This document shows positions 21,601 through 29,805 of a stretch of 64,000 nucleotides of DNA, in pieces (position 1 is the stretch's first letter; each line of letters starts with the position of its first letter). Below the pieces are notes generated by a model. The model was not told the DNA's origin, searched no databases, and saw only the letters and a program-made list of their open reading frames with translations. Made by a program: the position numbers and the translations under genes. Origin of the DNA: a virus (Duplodnaviria; Heunggongvirae; Uroviricota; Caudoviricetes); the IMG/VR virus record IMGVR_UViG_2740892439_000009; one strand, written 5' to 3'.

Positions 21601-23413
21601 CACTTTTGCAAAACACAGCGACGGATCAACGGTGATTGCGACCTCCAAAACATACGATGTCTTTGGCAGCGCGAATAATGGCGCCACGATGTCGGCTGAT
21701 ATCGAGGCACTGGCCAGTGGGACTTACGTTTGCGTCCTGACATTCGATGAGCCAACTGGCAACCGAGGTAAGGTGTTGTCTGCCCTGGAATCTCTTGGTG
21801 GCACTTCCGAAGTCGTTAACTCTCTGCCGTATCGTGGCGCCTACATTCTCCTTGGCCGCAAAGGTATGAAGCCGGGCGATGGTCTGGAACTGCGTGCGCC
21901 AACCGGTGGCGACGGCACCGCCCACATTTCGACCTCAGTCGAGTTTGTGAACGGGGTAATGATGGGGCTGGGCGCCGCTGGTGGTGTGATGATGAAGGCT
22001 GATGCGAACGCATCTGCAATTACCACGCTCCAGAATACAGTGAAGACCCAAGGGGATAATATTGACTCCCTGAGCTCCTCGACAACAGCGCTGGAAAACA
22101 GCCTTGCGTCCAGTAACGTCAGCGTGGATGCAGCAAGCCAGATCCCCGGTAACCTGATCGTAAACCCGTCTTTTGAGCGTGGTACGGAGGGCTACACTGG
22201 TTGGAGCGGTATTGCCACGGTGGCAACGCTGCAGGTTCCACATCTTGGCACCAAAGCCGCCAAACTAGCGGCGGGTGGTTCTGCAGGCGTGGGCCAGAAG
22301 ATCTCCTTCAAAAAGGATCGGTCGTACAAAATTGGTATTTGGGCAAAGCAGGACCCTAATACCACCATTCAGTCGACCGACAACACAAAATTCCGTGTGG
22401 CTGACGGTACTGGCCTGATTGCAAGTAAGGTTTATGGTCCGTTCACCTCGAACTGGCAGGAGGTGTCATGGACATGGAAGGCGACAAAGGATGTCCTTGC
22501 TGACGTTCAGTTCACTGCTTTCTTGTCAGCCGGCGCGATGTACTTTGATGATTTTTACGTCGTCGATGTGACCGACTCAGTTGAAACTCAGGCGAACTCG
22601 AGTGCGATCACGAAGCTCGATAGTCGTGTGACCAAGACAGAGAATGACATCACCAGCCAGGGCAGCCAGGTTACGCAACTTAAGAATGACCTTGCTACCA
22701 CAAACACAAATGTTTCGAAGAAAGCGGATGCAGCTGCGTTAACGGCATTAACGAACCGCGTCACGCAGAATGAGAAAGAAATTGGAACCCAGAGCAGCCA
22801 GACAACTTCGCTCAAAAACTCTTTGAGCACTGTTCAGGCAATGGGAAGCAACCCGTGGTTTGATGGTTCTCTGGAGACGTACTCCGAAAACCAGCAGATC
22901 AGCGGCTCGCGCGCGGTCGTCGTCAGCTCTCAGAAACGAAGCGGAACGAAGTCGTTGCGTGTTTCCCGCGGCGCCGGTGAGGGCGGAAACAGCGATAAAA
23001 CCATCGGTAAGTGGATTGCTCTGCGTGAAAATGCGGTATTCCGCATTGAACTCTGGGCGATGATGCCGGCAGATCAGTCGCCATCATCCGGGTGGTCAAC
23101 GCTCGTTGGTTTGCAGACCCAAAACGCTGCCAACAACAATAACTGGCCGACGGCAATCACTATCAATGAAGCCGCATTGGGTGCAAGAGGCGCATGGAAG
23201 AAATTCACCGGTACGCTCCGTGTAGCCGCTGGCCACACTCGCGGCGCATTTTGGGTATCTACCGCGGCACAACTGGCACTGGTACACCGGGGTATGATCT
23301 GTATATCGATGACGTTGTTGTCACCGATATCACCGACGCAAAAGAGGCTCAAGATTCGGCTAATTCGAACGCATCCGCGCTCACCAGCCTTACCTCACGT
23401 GTTACCAATGTAG
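15611..23413 (+). CDS. Giant modular fibre segment (about 2600 aa) of alternating globular and coiled-coil modules
   Basis: About 10 repeats of a globular unit ending in a Y.DDV.V.DVTD-like motif followed by a coiled-coil unit (STV.QQG..ITSQGNSIT.L.N.L). Confidence 0.7.
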   Translation: MSVTSDGWLKANNPTSTCRSPNGLTIDAHAYRFIKMRIKKVGNPTWNAKMFWIGADETGWNAGRSVVINEPEYDDKGIAILTLHDIEWRDSTTIRRFRFDFTSGQDADNYLLFDWIAVGRPTPGAGMAALQEEQQARANADTAEAQARSTLAAQIRGSSESGNLDDIRSGLIYQEKNARITADAAEASARESLQTEFNRNKASVAEELHTLSTEQASQASKITGLQTSLGQKADASAVQTISQKVEEQGNTLKSQGAALSTLDNRVGSVESGVSANSKAITGLQSTVTQQDKTLSSQSESITTLNNSLSDIQSDTDTAKSNPSNLLVNASFERDLAGWSAGNSVSNVIKASAPHSGSKILVCAAGTVQITQSVSVVEGRTYKLSSFVRCTTDAVISSPGNNKLRIGAATLLKEIPIRPENLPKDETWKEVSDTWKATLTGKVDVSIMSSLKTGSQYFDDVGFVDVTDALAIEANASATNALTSRVSSVEGTITSQGQQITSMQNSIKNKADASAVTNLTNRVTAAENQISSQSQSITSLSNSLDNANADADASKAIIGNMLKNNSFERGFEGWEYVGWTLLEAQNPKSGKYIIQAGKLASGGDSGCNQTIELQAGKTYRIGAWVRKSADFAINNAGNNKISLRNADLTPIKDIPITGAGLSTNWALISGEYTPAKTASVVVSLRASVASGYMYLDDVFCVDVSNEKAIDATSNALSTLNSTVTQQGKDITSNSNSITSLSNQMVNGRQNMWVRSVYNVQLANNTTEPTFSDINGKAPISIDEVPDAAKLDFVSAGSYVIAHYKAFVKVNADTTITMAPGSRVFDDTGAVYVNGVRVAFGNASWNTVSFDLKAGWSTVEFLVNQWTGQAYINLGFKLSEKVAQLNSALGMNALSNAISAVTSNVSTVGDRVTSTSQSVTDLRNSLEQTNANLANKADAQALSTLQNTVSKQGDTISSQGNSITNLNNTLTAARNAGDNLIPNYDFLQGATAWDIQYPAGVAFGNFGDGKAGVKLNRTTTTSPGIFSNNNKPLPLNGQRKYRVVVKAKGVSGAMNMLIRRQNKIGQTDSNYEDKNVTLTSEWQTITWETGLTASNADGQNFKLYAHPANAEIWVDTFKVFDITDEVKIKANSDALSTLSSTVTQQGDKITSQGNSITKLTNDLEVADANIAKKADQSAVTTLTGRVEKTESGLTAANSNITSLSSSLNQQSKRGANLLPDGTFESYAVGHNLSNNRVIVTTDDSHGGSKCIRVTRPNDYNANATDNSDNHIFSGFQVRDNAVFYMECWVKLDAKSTAMAENAQISIGLSLQYQDNSWQWPAVTKAAKDLSTAQWTKVSGYLKSTKSGIKQAMVRISIPNVSSVKAGNSFLIDDLVITEVTDAYNAQSTADANANAISTLDSTVSQQGDQITSQGNSITKLTNDLATTNNNVSKKADQSALSVLSGRVDQTESGLSSANSSITALNSSVRAGNATSGDLISNPTFDPEFSQMGFTVVSSSSEGVPANCPYAYVARIAARDHHPNFAAIPATLGDVYEMSALVACGTGSADFNLYLGTATRPSGSVGAPLSSGGNRKASATWQRVTWRFKITQGIVDRGFFRPFLQINQSSPFGTVWYVTDWHLRNVTDSSKVQDSLDATAKAVDSLTSTVNQQGENISSIGTRTTNLENNLRTTNANVAQKADANALTALTNRVTQTEKDINSTSSSVTNLNNKVDAISVGGTNLIKNSGDMTGWSNVTSDTYRGNAVIGATVKAGSGYKDLREITLESPVDAGEYVYSFYAKGGVAGQIMTAFFYNPNTTTSIETSQGAKGNNSDGRAQFTLTTSWSRYWVKWKQTPTTSTKRLILCRIESNTSKDQTVYINSPKFEVGNVVSDWNESPSDSASASAVDSLTTKVNQQGTSISSIGNRTTSLENGLSTAQNNIAKKADASALQDLRNTVTSQGDDLTAANSSITSLHASMNRRTVFTVTARGNGNSVTHGVFDESGKNLFTPGRSWALVTFAKHSDGSTVIATSKTYDVFGSANNGATMSADIEALASGTYVCVLTFDEPTGNRGKVLSALESLGGTSEVVNSLPYRGAYILLGRKGMKPGDGLELRAPTGGDGTAHISTSVEFVNGVMMGLGAAGGVMMKADANASAITTLQNTVKTQGDNIDSLSSSTTALENSLASSNVSVDAASQIPGNLIVNPSFERGTEGYTGWSGIATVATLQVPHLGTKAAKLAAGGSAGVGQKISFKKDRSYKIGIWAKQDPNTTIQSTDNTKFRVADGTGLIASKVYGPFTSNWQEVSWTWKATKDVLADVQFTAFLSAGAMYFDDFYVVDVTDSVETQANSSAITKLDSRVTKTENDITSQGSQVTQLKNDLATTNTNVSKKADAAALTALTNRVTQNEKEIGTQSSQTTSLKNSLSTVQAMGSNPWFDGSLETYSENQQISGSRAVVVSSQKRSGTKSLRVSRGAGEGGNSDKTIGKWIALRENAVFRIELWAMMPADQSPSSGWSTLVGLQTQNAANNNNWPTAITINEAALGARGAWKKFTGTLRVAAGHTRGAFWVSTAAQLALVHRGMICISMTLLSPISPTQKRLKIRLIRTHPRSPALPHVLPM

Positions 23414-24570
23414 AAGGGCAGGTGACATCCCAGGCGTCTCAGCTGTCCTCTTTGACGTCCCAGGTGAATGATGCGTCTTCGAAGGTTGATCAGATGGCGC
23501 AAACCATCACCAACAACGAGAAAACGCAGTCGTCGCTGAATACCAGCTTGCAGTCGCAAATTGATGCGCAGGCATCGGCAAACATCAAGAACCAGACGGA
23601 GTTGAATAACGCCACCACTTCGATGGCGGCAATTAAATCAACTCAGCAGACTCAGGCCACAACGATTAGTGCACTGTCTCAGCAGCAAACGAATTTAACG
23701 GCCCAGGTAGGAGGCCAGTCAGCCGAGCTGCAGGAGCTGAAGAAAACGGTTGTTGAAAACGGCAACGTTAACAGCACCTGGATGGTCAAAATGGAAACCA
23801 ACAGCAACGGTAAAAAGTATGCTGCTGGTATAGCTTTAGGTATCGATGGCAAAAATTTGCAGAGCCAGTTTCTGGTTCAGGCTGATCGCTTCGGCTTAAT
23901 CAACACCTCTAACGGGAATACGACTACACCTTTCGTTATCGAAAATGGCGTTGCGTATATTAATGCCGCTGTCATTAAAGATGGCTCGATCACCAATGCG
24001 AAAATTGGAGGCGAAATCCGTTCTGACAATTTCGTTAATGGTTCAAATGGCTGGAGAATTGGAAAAGACGGTAGTTCACAGTTCAACAATGCGATATTCA
24101 GAGGTCATATTGAAGCGCGCAGTGGTACGTTCAAAGGAACCCTGGAAGCTCAAAACTTTATTGGTGATATCGCTGTAGCTCGGCGTTATGCGGATTTATC
24201 GTTCCGTCGTAACAACACCGTACAGCGTGATGGTCGTTACCAGAACCGCGGATACGGTATGACTATTGTGCTAAGTTGTACCCTGATATATCAGGTTACT
24301 GGGGGGAATGAGGATCGTAACGGTTATATTGTTGAAATGACATTTAACGTTGGCGGTCAGGAGGTAACTCGCCGTTTCCCGATCAACCCGCGAATGAATA
24401 TGGGCTCCTACTCGATGGAGTTTCGTTTTGCAGCGGATATTCCAGGCAACTATGACAACGTCCCGTTCTTTGTAAGAGCACGTGGTCGGGATGCTACTTG
24501 GGACTACCAGTGTTATGTAGAAAACATCACTGCCACTGCTTTCCGTACAAACAGCAACTCATTCAGCTAA
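23194..24570 (+). CDS. Fibre C-terminal segment carrying the lambda J-like C-terminal domain
   Basis: Continues the module motif (YDLYIDDVVVTDITD) in a different frame; from about 23780, WMVKMETNSNGKKYAAGIALG...SQFLVQADRFGLI...GTLEAQNFIGDI parallels the lambda J C-terminus. Confidence 0.65.
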   Translation: MEEIHRYAPCSRWPHSRRILGIYRGTTGTGTPGYDLYIDDVVVTDITDAKEAQDSANSNASALTSLTSRVTNVEGQVTSQASQLSSLTSQVNDASSKVDQMAQTITNNEKTQSSLNTSLQSQIDAQASANIKNQTELNNATTSMAAIKSTQQTQATTISALSQQQTNLTAQVGGQSAELQELKKTVVENGNVNSTWMVKMETNSNGKKYAAGIALGIDGKNLQSQFLVQADRFGLINTSNGNTTTPFVIENGVAYINAAVIKDGSITNAKIGGEIRSDNFVNGSNGWRIGKDGSSQFNNAIFRGHIEARSGTFKGTLEAQNFIGDIAVARRYADLSFRRNNTVQRDGRYQNRGYGMTIVLSCTLIYQVTGGNEDRNGYIVEMTFNVGGQEVTRRFPINPRMNMGSYSMEFRFAADIPGNYDNVPFFVRARGRDATWDYQCYVENITATAFRTNSNSFS

Positions 24571-24697
24571 CATGGCGCCCCTTTGGGGCGCCCACTAAAC
24601 CGTATTAACTCAAGGAAGAGTAAATTATGGCAATGTATGAAGTTGGCACCATAACGGGTGCTGCAAACCAGGCAAAGGTTACAGGTATTTCCACTAA

Positions 24698-26065
24698 GTG
24701 TCGGAGACCGCCCTGGGTATTCAAGAGGGTTCGATTCTTGTCATTTATCGCAATGGAAGTGCCGATCTGTATGCCATCAAATCCGTTAATAACGACACTC
24801 AACTGACCCTGACGAGAAACATTACAACAGCTTTTTCTGGTGCGAAATATGGAATTATCACATCAGAAACAGCCAGCACATCGTCTTTTGCTAATCAACT
24901 CGCCAGTGCATTCACTCTGTGGCGTAATGTTGTCCAGGGGTGGTCTACAGCACTAACAGGTAGTGGCAATATTACAATAACAGACCCTTTAACGGGTGTA
25001 TCTGTGACTGTTCCAGCAATTTCAGGAATGGCGAAAGCGTCCGATCTCACAGCACTTAGCAACTCGCTGAAAGATGTAGCGAAGACTACAACGGCAAACA
25101 CATGGACGCAGGCGCAGACGTGGAACGCAGCATCTACGTTTAAAAATAACCTTACGGTGAACGGCACTTTTACAGTAAATGGGAATTTCTACGGCAAGCA
25201 GCTTGCTGGAGGCCACATAGAGTTAACAGGGGCGACCCCTTATATCGACTTTCACCACGGCAACACCACAACAGACTACACACATCGAATTATTACTGAG
25301 AATGGGGCATTGGCTGTTTATCCGGGCTTACGCGTCCGTGGTGGATTGGGGATTTATGGTGTAGCTACGCAATACGGAGATCAGTACGGGCAGGGATTTA
25401 TCACCCGTCTTAACACAGATCCAGGTAACGTAGCTAACGGCACAATCATTGCCTCTCCACGCGTCACAACTAGGTTCAACACTCGCGGCAGTGACACAAA
25501 TGTTGACGGCGGACAGGGGGCCATGTGGTTTGAGGAGCAGGTGGGGACGAACCATAGGCTGGTATTCATGCTTGGTGGTTTCAGTCAGCCTGTCCAATAT
25601 TGGCAACACTTGCCTGATGGGCGGATCTATAGTAGTTCTCGCGGCGATGTTGCATTTAACGGGACGTCCGACGAACGGTTGAAACATAGTATAGAACCGA
25701 CTGACGGCCATTTGTCAGTCGATCGCATTCGTCAGCTTGAGCTGGTGACGTTCGTCTATAACGATGACGAGCAGGAACGAGTACGCCGCGGGATTATTGC
25801 GCAGCAGGCTCAGCTGGTCGACAAACAGTATGTTAAGCAGATTAACACATCGTATATTCTCAACGGTGAGAAAGTGGACGATGACCGTCTGCAACTCGAT
25901 AATAACGTTATTCTAATGGATACATTGGCGGCGGTTAAAGTACTGATTCAGCGAGTTGAAGAACTTGAGAATAAACTTAACTCATCAGAAGGGAGCGACG
26001 CCATAAATACAAACCAGAATACCTTCGATACAGGCGTGGCCATGAGAAGTGAGCAATCAAATTAA
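24698..26065 (+). CDS. Side tail fibre with C-terminal intramolecular chaperone-like domain
   Basis: C-terminal SDERLKHSIEP motif region; an apparent N-terminus (ATG 24627, MAMYEVGTITGAANQAKVTGISTK) lies in another frame and joins at about 24698. Confidence 0.55.
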   Translation: MSETALGIQEGSILVIYRNGSADLYAIKSVNNDTQLTLTRNITTAFSGAKYGIITSETASTSSFANQLASAFTLWRNVVQGWSTALTGSGNITITDPLTGVSVTVPAISGMAKASDLTALSNSLKDVAKTTTANTWTQAQTWNAASTFKNNLTVNGTFTVNGNFYGKQLAGGHIELTGATPYIDFHHGNTTTDYTHRIITENGALAVYPGLRVRGGLGIYGVATQYGDQYGQGFITRLNTDPGNVANGTIIASPRVTTRFNTRGSDTNVDGGQGAMWFEEQVGTNHRLVFMLGGFSQPVQYWQHLPDGRIYSSSRGDVAFNGTSDERLKHSIEPTDGHLSVDRIRQLELVTFVYNDDEQERVRRGIIAQQAQLVDKQYVKQINTSYILNGEKVDDDRLQLDNNVILMDTLAAVKVLIQRVEELENKLNSSEGSDAINTNQNTFDTGVAMRSEQSN

Positions 26066-26143
26066 TTCAATTCGTATGTAAGTGCTTACCTACAATTAGT
26101 TTCTAATTTATGATATAAATCTGCCATCCGATTTGACTTATTC

Positions 26144-26479
26144 ATGGAGGAAGACATGTCAAACGAGATGGCAGGCGTGACGCCAGAGCAGGTGGAGCGC
26201 ATTGCCGCAATTGTTGCGCGAGAAGTCGTAGGAAAATTAAGTAAGGAGCTTCGCGATGATATTGGCCAGGAGGTCAACGATCAGCTGCGAACCTACTTTG
26301 GCGATATGACTCCGGCGCAACATAGCATTCAGCATTCCAACCTGGACAAACTTCTTAATCGGCTCGACACGATTTCAAGCGGGTTCTTTGGAGGCATTAT
26401 TTCCAAGATTACCTCGTTCCTGATCACCGTGCTGCTTTTGGGTTTGGCCGCTTATGGCGTGAAAAATGGACTGCAATAA
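26144..26479 (+). CDS. Small membrane protein with single C-terminal TM (holin candidate)
   Basis: Hydrophobic C-terminal helix; position at head of lysis cassette. Confidence 0.3.
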   Translation: MEEDMSNEMAGVTPEQVERIAAIVAREVVGKLSKELRDDIGQEVNDQLRTYFGDMTPAQHSIQHSNLDKLLNRLDTISSGFFGGIISKITSFLITVLLLGLAAYGVKNGLQ

Positions 26480-27185
26480 CAGGAGAACAAGGATGAGTAC
26501 TCCAAGAGGCATTCGTAACAACAACCCTGGCAACCTGGATAAAGGGTCGCCGTGGCAAGGGTTAGTAAACAACCCGTCGGAACCGCGGTTCTGTACTTTT
26601 AAAGACCCCGTATGGGGGATTCGAGCACTGACAGTAACGCTCATCACCTACCATGATAAGCGCCGTGCAAAAGATGGCTCCAGCATCGATACGATCCGCG
26701 AAGTCATCGAGCGTTGGGCGCCGCCACACGAAAACAACACCGCCGCCTATATCAATGAGGTTTCTAAAGCCGTTGGCGTGACGCCGGACATGATCATCGA
26801 TCTGCATGACTACAATACTATGCGGCCGCTGGTGGAGGCGATTATTCGTCATGAGAACGGTCGTGGCCCTTTGAAAACACTCAACAGCTGGTATTCGGCC
26901 GAAGTTATTGACGAAGGTATGCGTCGCGCCGGCGTCGTTAAACCGGTAACTGCAGTGAAAGCCGTACCTGTCACGAAAGAAACTGCAGGCGCAACGGTGA
27001 CTGCAGGTATCGGTATTGCGCAGCTGGCGGACGTAATGCCGCAGATCTCCGTTGCGATGGATAAGGCCCAGGGACATATTACCAGCGGTGATACCGTTCG
27101 CATTATCTTCGGTATTGCGACCATTGTTGTCGCCGGCTTTATTGCCTGGTCGCAAGTTCGTAAGCATCAGGCAGGAGTGGTGTAA
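26466..27185 (+). CDS. Putative lysis-associated / muralytic protein, C-terminally membrane-anchored
   Basis: GIRNNNPGNL motif near N-terminus; C-terminal TM; sits between holin-like gene and spanins; function uncertain. Confidence 0.3.
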   Translation: MDCNNRRTRMSTPRGIRNNNPGNLDKGSPWQGLVNNPSEPRFCTFKDPVWGIRALTVTLITYHDKRRAKDGSSIDTIREVIERWAPPHENNTAAYINEVSKAVGVTPDMIIDLHDYNTMRPLVEAIIRHENGRGPLKTLNSWYSAEVIDEGMRRAGVVKPVTAVKAVPVTKETAGATVTAGIGIAQLADVMPQISVAMDKAQGHITSGDTVRIIFGIATIVVAGFIAWSQVRKHQAGVV

Positions 27186-27187
27186 CC

Positions 27188-27439
27188 ATGAACGGCAGCC
27201 TGCTTTCAAAAGTCAAATCGACCATCATGACTTTGGCTGCCGTCTTCTCTGTGCTCGTTGGGGCGTACACCTGGGGTGGACGAGCTGCCCGGCGGGCCAT
27301 GGAAGAAAAGGCGCAGAGAGAAACCAACAAACGGCTTCAAGGCACAGTGGATGTGAAAAATGAGACGATTAATGAAGTCAGGACTAAGGATGCTTCTGCC
27401 GTTCATCGCGAGCTTCGCGATAAGTGGATGCGTGATTAA
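27188..27439 (+). CDS. Inner-membrane spanin (Rz-like)
   Basis: N-terminal TM, charged coiled C-terminal part; overlapped by lipoprotein ORF in another frame. Confidence 0.5.
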   Translation: MNGSLLSKVKSTIMTLAAVFSVLVGAYTWGGRAARRAMEEKAQRETNKRLQGTVDVKNETINEVRTKDASAVHRELRDKWMRD

Positions 27440-27587
27440 ACCCCAGACCGTGGGCGTACAATTCTGCGATGGGGCTAACCCTATCTACATCAGCAAGGAC
27501 GACGCCCTGACAGAAGAAACTGAGAGGGAAATCCTGATCCACAACACGCTGGGTGAGCGAATCTGTGATTGGGGGAAAGGTACATAA
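27360..27587 (+). CDS. Outer-membrane lipoprotein spanin (Rz1-like)
   Basis: Signal peptide with lipobox ISGC; starts inside the Rz-like gene in a different frame. Confidence 0.5.
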   Translation: MRRLMKSGLRMLLPFIASFAISGCVIKPQTVGVQFCDGANPIYISKDDALTEETEREILIHNTLGERICDWGKGT

Positions 27588-27598
27588 GGAACTGACGT

Positions 27599-27640
27599 AA
27601 GATGCGCTTGCGTTGATGTGAGGCGCATCTGTTTCTTCTA
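27599..27640 (+). terminator. Rho-independent terminator after lysis cassette
   Basis: AGATGCGC ... GCGCATCT stem followed by a T-rich tract. Confidence 0.55.
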
Positions 27641-27667
27641 TCTGTAATCGAGTAAATGCCGTCATCC

Positions 27668-27702
27668 AAGTTCACCGAACTTGATTATTCTTCACCGAAC
27701 TT
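27668..27702. promoter_or_regulatory. Direct repeat TTCACCGAACTT x2, first copy within palindrome AAGTTCaccGAACTT
   Basis: Copies at 27671-27682 and 27691-27702, about 130 bp upstream of ORF 27831. Confidence 0.35.
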
Positions 27703-27830
27703 CACTCAAGGTAATCTTGAATCATCCTGCTTAATGATGTAGATTTAACCAACAGCTGACGATGTCGTCAGCCGTTAGACCTGAAAAGGTGCCGCAATGA
27801 CATTCAATTGTTAACGGCTAAGGTGGAAAC

Positions 27831-28223
27831 ATGCACAACGCACTGAACGCATCCCGTTCTATACAAACGATCCGTGATTGCACGAGCGTTATTGAGACTC
27901 ATGTGCTGGCTCAGCACAAGATTGAAGTCCGTAAGCTCAACAATGACGCGGTTGATCTAAAAGACACTCGCTTCATCATCACCTTTAAAAATGATGTTGA
28001 GAAGCCGTGTGCCAGCGTAAAGCCGTTAGCGGAAGCAATCTTCCTGAACGGACGTGTACGTTTTGTCGTAAAACCTGATAAGCAATACCCTGAATTTTTG
28101 CGTCATTTAAAAGAGTTTTCTGAGGTGATAGAACATTCTATTCGTCGCTTCGTACTTGGTCATGGTAGCATTAGTAGTCATGTAAAGGCTGATAGATCTG
28201 CTACCAAATGGCTCCTACACTAG
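27831..28223 (+). CDS. Hypothetical protein (accessory gene)
   Basis: 130-aa ORF; 16-nt overlap with the next ORF. Confidence 0.4.
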   Translation: MHNALNASRSIQTIRDCTSVIETHVLAQHKIEVRKLNNDAVDLKDTRFIITFKNDVEKPCASVKPLAEAIFLNGRVRFVVKPDKQYPEFLRHLKEFSEVIEHSIRRFVLGHGSISSHVKADRSATKWLLH

Positions 28224-28960
28224 ATAGCTCATACTCTAAAGATCTTAGCGAGTTTCCTCATAAAGGGGAGACTCTTGTATCTCGTTTCGGTTACATAATC
28301 AACGAAGCCTCTCTCTTCAAAATTTCTGAAATCACCATTGTTGATCCCGAAGATGATATAGTTTTGTACACCCGGATAGAACGGGTTGGTGCGCTTGATC
28401 AGGATCAGTTGATGGAGTTCATCTTGGACAAGGCTGATGACGATATTCCTGAAGAGGATATCATCAGAGAACTTCTTCGCTCCGGTATAATCGATGAAAG
28501 CAAAAATTCTATAGTAGGCAGAATTGCCTTGCGAGAATACAGCTTCGTTGAAGATGGAAATGAGGTTGAATGCTACCAAGTGGCAGGTGTTGAGACTGTG
28601 AAAGCTATTCGTCAGAGAGGGCTGTGCCATCGCACATACCTGTTCTTGCTTCACTGGTACGAACATCTAGTTTGTGACGATATGCAGACAATCCCTGGTG
28701 CTAAGATCTGGGCAGGGCCTCTCATGCGAACCGGCGATGTGCGTATATACAATGCCAAAACAGAAACGTTCGAGGATGTGTTAGGTGAGTACGGGATGGG
28801 GAAAGAAACCGGATTTTTGCCGTGGAACAGAGGATTGTTGCTTGATGCAGAGTTAAGCTCTTGGCTCCCAAACAAAGTGCAAGTTAACGTTCAGAAATTT
28901 ATCGTACTTATCATCTCCCGCAAAACAAGAACTCCAGTAGGTTTATACCTAAAAGATTAA
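28208..28960 (+). CDS. Hypothetical protein (accessory gene)
   Basis: 250-aa ORF, acidic; followed by terminator. Confidence 0.45.
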   Translation: MAPTLDSSYSKDLSEFPHKGETLVSRFGYIINEASLFKISEITIVDPEDDIVLYTRIERVGALDQDQLMEFILDKADDDIPEEDIIRELLRSGIIDESKNSIVGRIALREYSFVEDGNEVECYQVAGVETVKAIRQRGLCHRTYLFLLHWYEHLVCDDMQTIPGAKIWAGPLMRTGDVRIYNAKTETFEDVLGEYGMGKETGFLPWNRGLLLDAELSSWLPNKVQVNVQKFIVLIISRKTRTPVGLYLKD

Positions 28961-28965
28961 AAATA

Positions 28966-28989
28966 AGGCGACTTTGGTCGCCTTTTTTG
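28966..28989 (+). terminator. Rho-independent terminator
   Basis: GGCGAC ttt GGTCGCC followed by TTTTTT. Confidence 0.6.
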
Positions 28990-29136
28990 TTAACAGCCAT
29001 TGATTCTCGCCTAAAAATTCTAAGGCAGCACCTACCATTTAACCTTTACACCACAGCCGTAGGCATTTAGGCTATATCACATATAAGAAAACAAGTTGTT
29101 TCAGACGATAATTATATACGCAAAGGGAACTCTCCA

Positions 29137-29805
29137 ATGACCAAGATCTTTGTGGTTGGCGGCACAAAGGGCGGGCCTGGCAAATCCACCGTTGCCCAGC
29201 AAATTGCCGTTTGCCTGAAAGTCAAAAAGAAGAAGAAGGTTTATATCACCGATATAGATATTCAGCGCACGACAACGAGCTGGTGTGAAGACCGTCGACA
29301 GAACGAAGACCTTGAGCTGATTCCTTTTGCATACGTTCAGGATGACATCATTAAGCACCTAAAATCGCTTCAGGGTAGAGCTGAGTTTGTAGTGGTAGAT
29401 GCTGGTGGCTTCGACTCCGAAATTCAGCGACAAGCGATGCTGATGGCTGACGTTATCATTATCCCGCTGCGTCCTAAGCGTCGTGATTTGAAATCTTTAC
29501 GTGACATCGATCCTATTATCGACAATGTTCGCAATGTAAACGATAAAGTGAAGGTCCGCGCGGTCATGAACCAGTGCCCGGCTTTGCCATCACAAGTGTC
29601 TCGCATTCTGGCGGCTAAAGAGATTGTCGAGACGTTTGGCATCGAGTCTGCGCCAGTCAATCTATATAACCGCAACGTCTACGATGATGCGGAAGAGTCT
29701 GGTCGTTCTATCTTCGAAATGACCGGTAGCGAGCGCGACAAAAAGGCGGAAGCCGAGTTTGAAGAATTTGTAGATTATCTGTTGAGTCTGGAGGAAGAAG
29801 AATAA
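29137..29805 (+). CDS. parA: ParA-family partition ATPase (small type)
   Basis: Deviant Walker A GGTKGGPGKST; 222 aa. Confidence 0.75.
   Translation: MTKIFVVGGTKGGPGKSTVAQQIAVCLKVKKKKKVYITDIDIQRTTTSWCEDRRQNEDLELIPFAYVQDDIIKHLKSLQGRAEFVVVDAGGFDSEIQRQAMLMADVIIIPLRPKRRDLKSLRDIDPIIDNVRNVNDKVKVRAVMNQCPALPSQVSRILAAKEIVETFGIESAPVNLYNRNVYDDAEESGRSIFEMTGSERDKKAEAEFEEFVDYLLSLEEEE

Noticed and set aside
15656-23352. Many minus-strand ORFs inside the giant fibre gene (for example 16261-16962, 16457-17101, 18401-19294)
   Set aside because: They lie antisense within a clearly coding, motif-rich + strand gene and have low-complexity Arg/Leu-rich composition typical of spurious antisense frames
15611-24570. 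Repetitive fibre region as a diversity-generating retroelement target or a mobile-element repeat
   Set aside because: No reverse transcriptase gene and no near-identical template/variable repeat pair; the repeats are divergent protein modules in one reading frame
26562-27209. 215-aa minus-strand ORF across the lysis cassette
   Set aside because: Antisense to the co-linear + strand lysis genes; composition looks like a spurious frame
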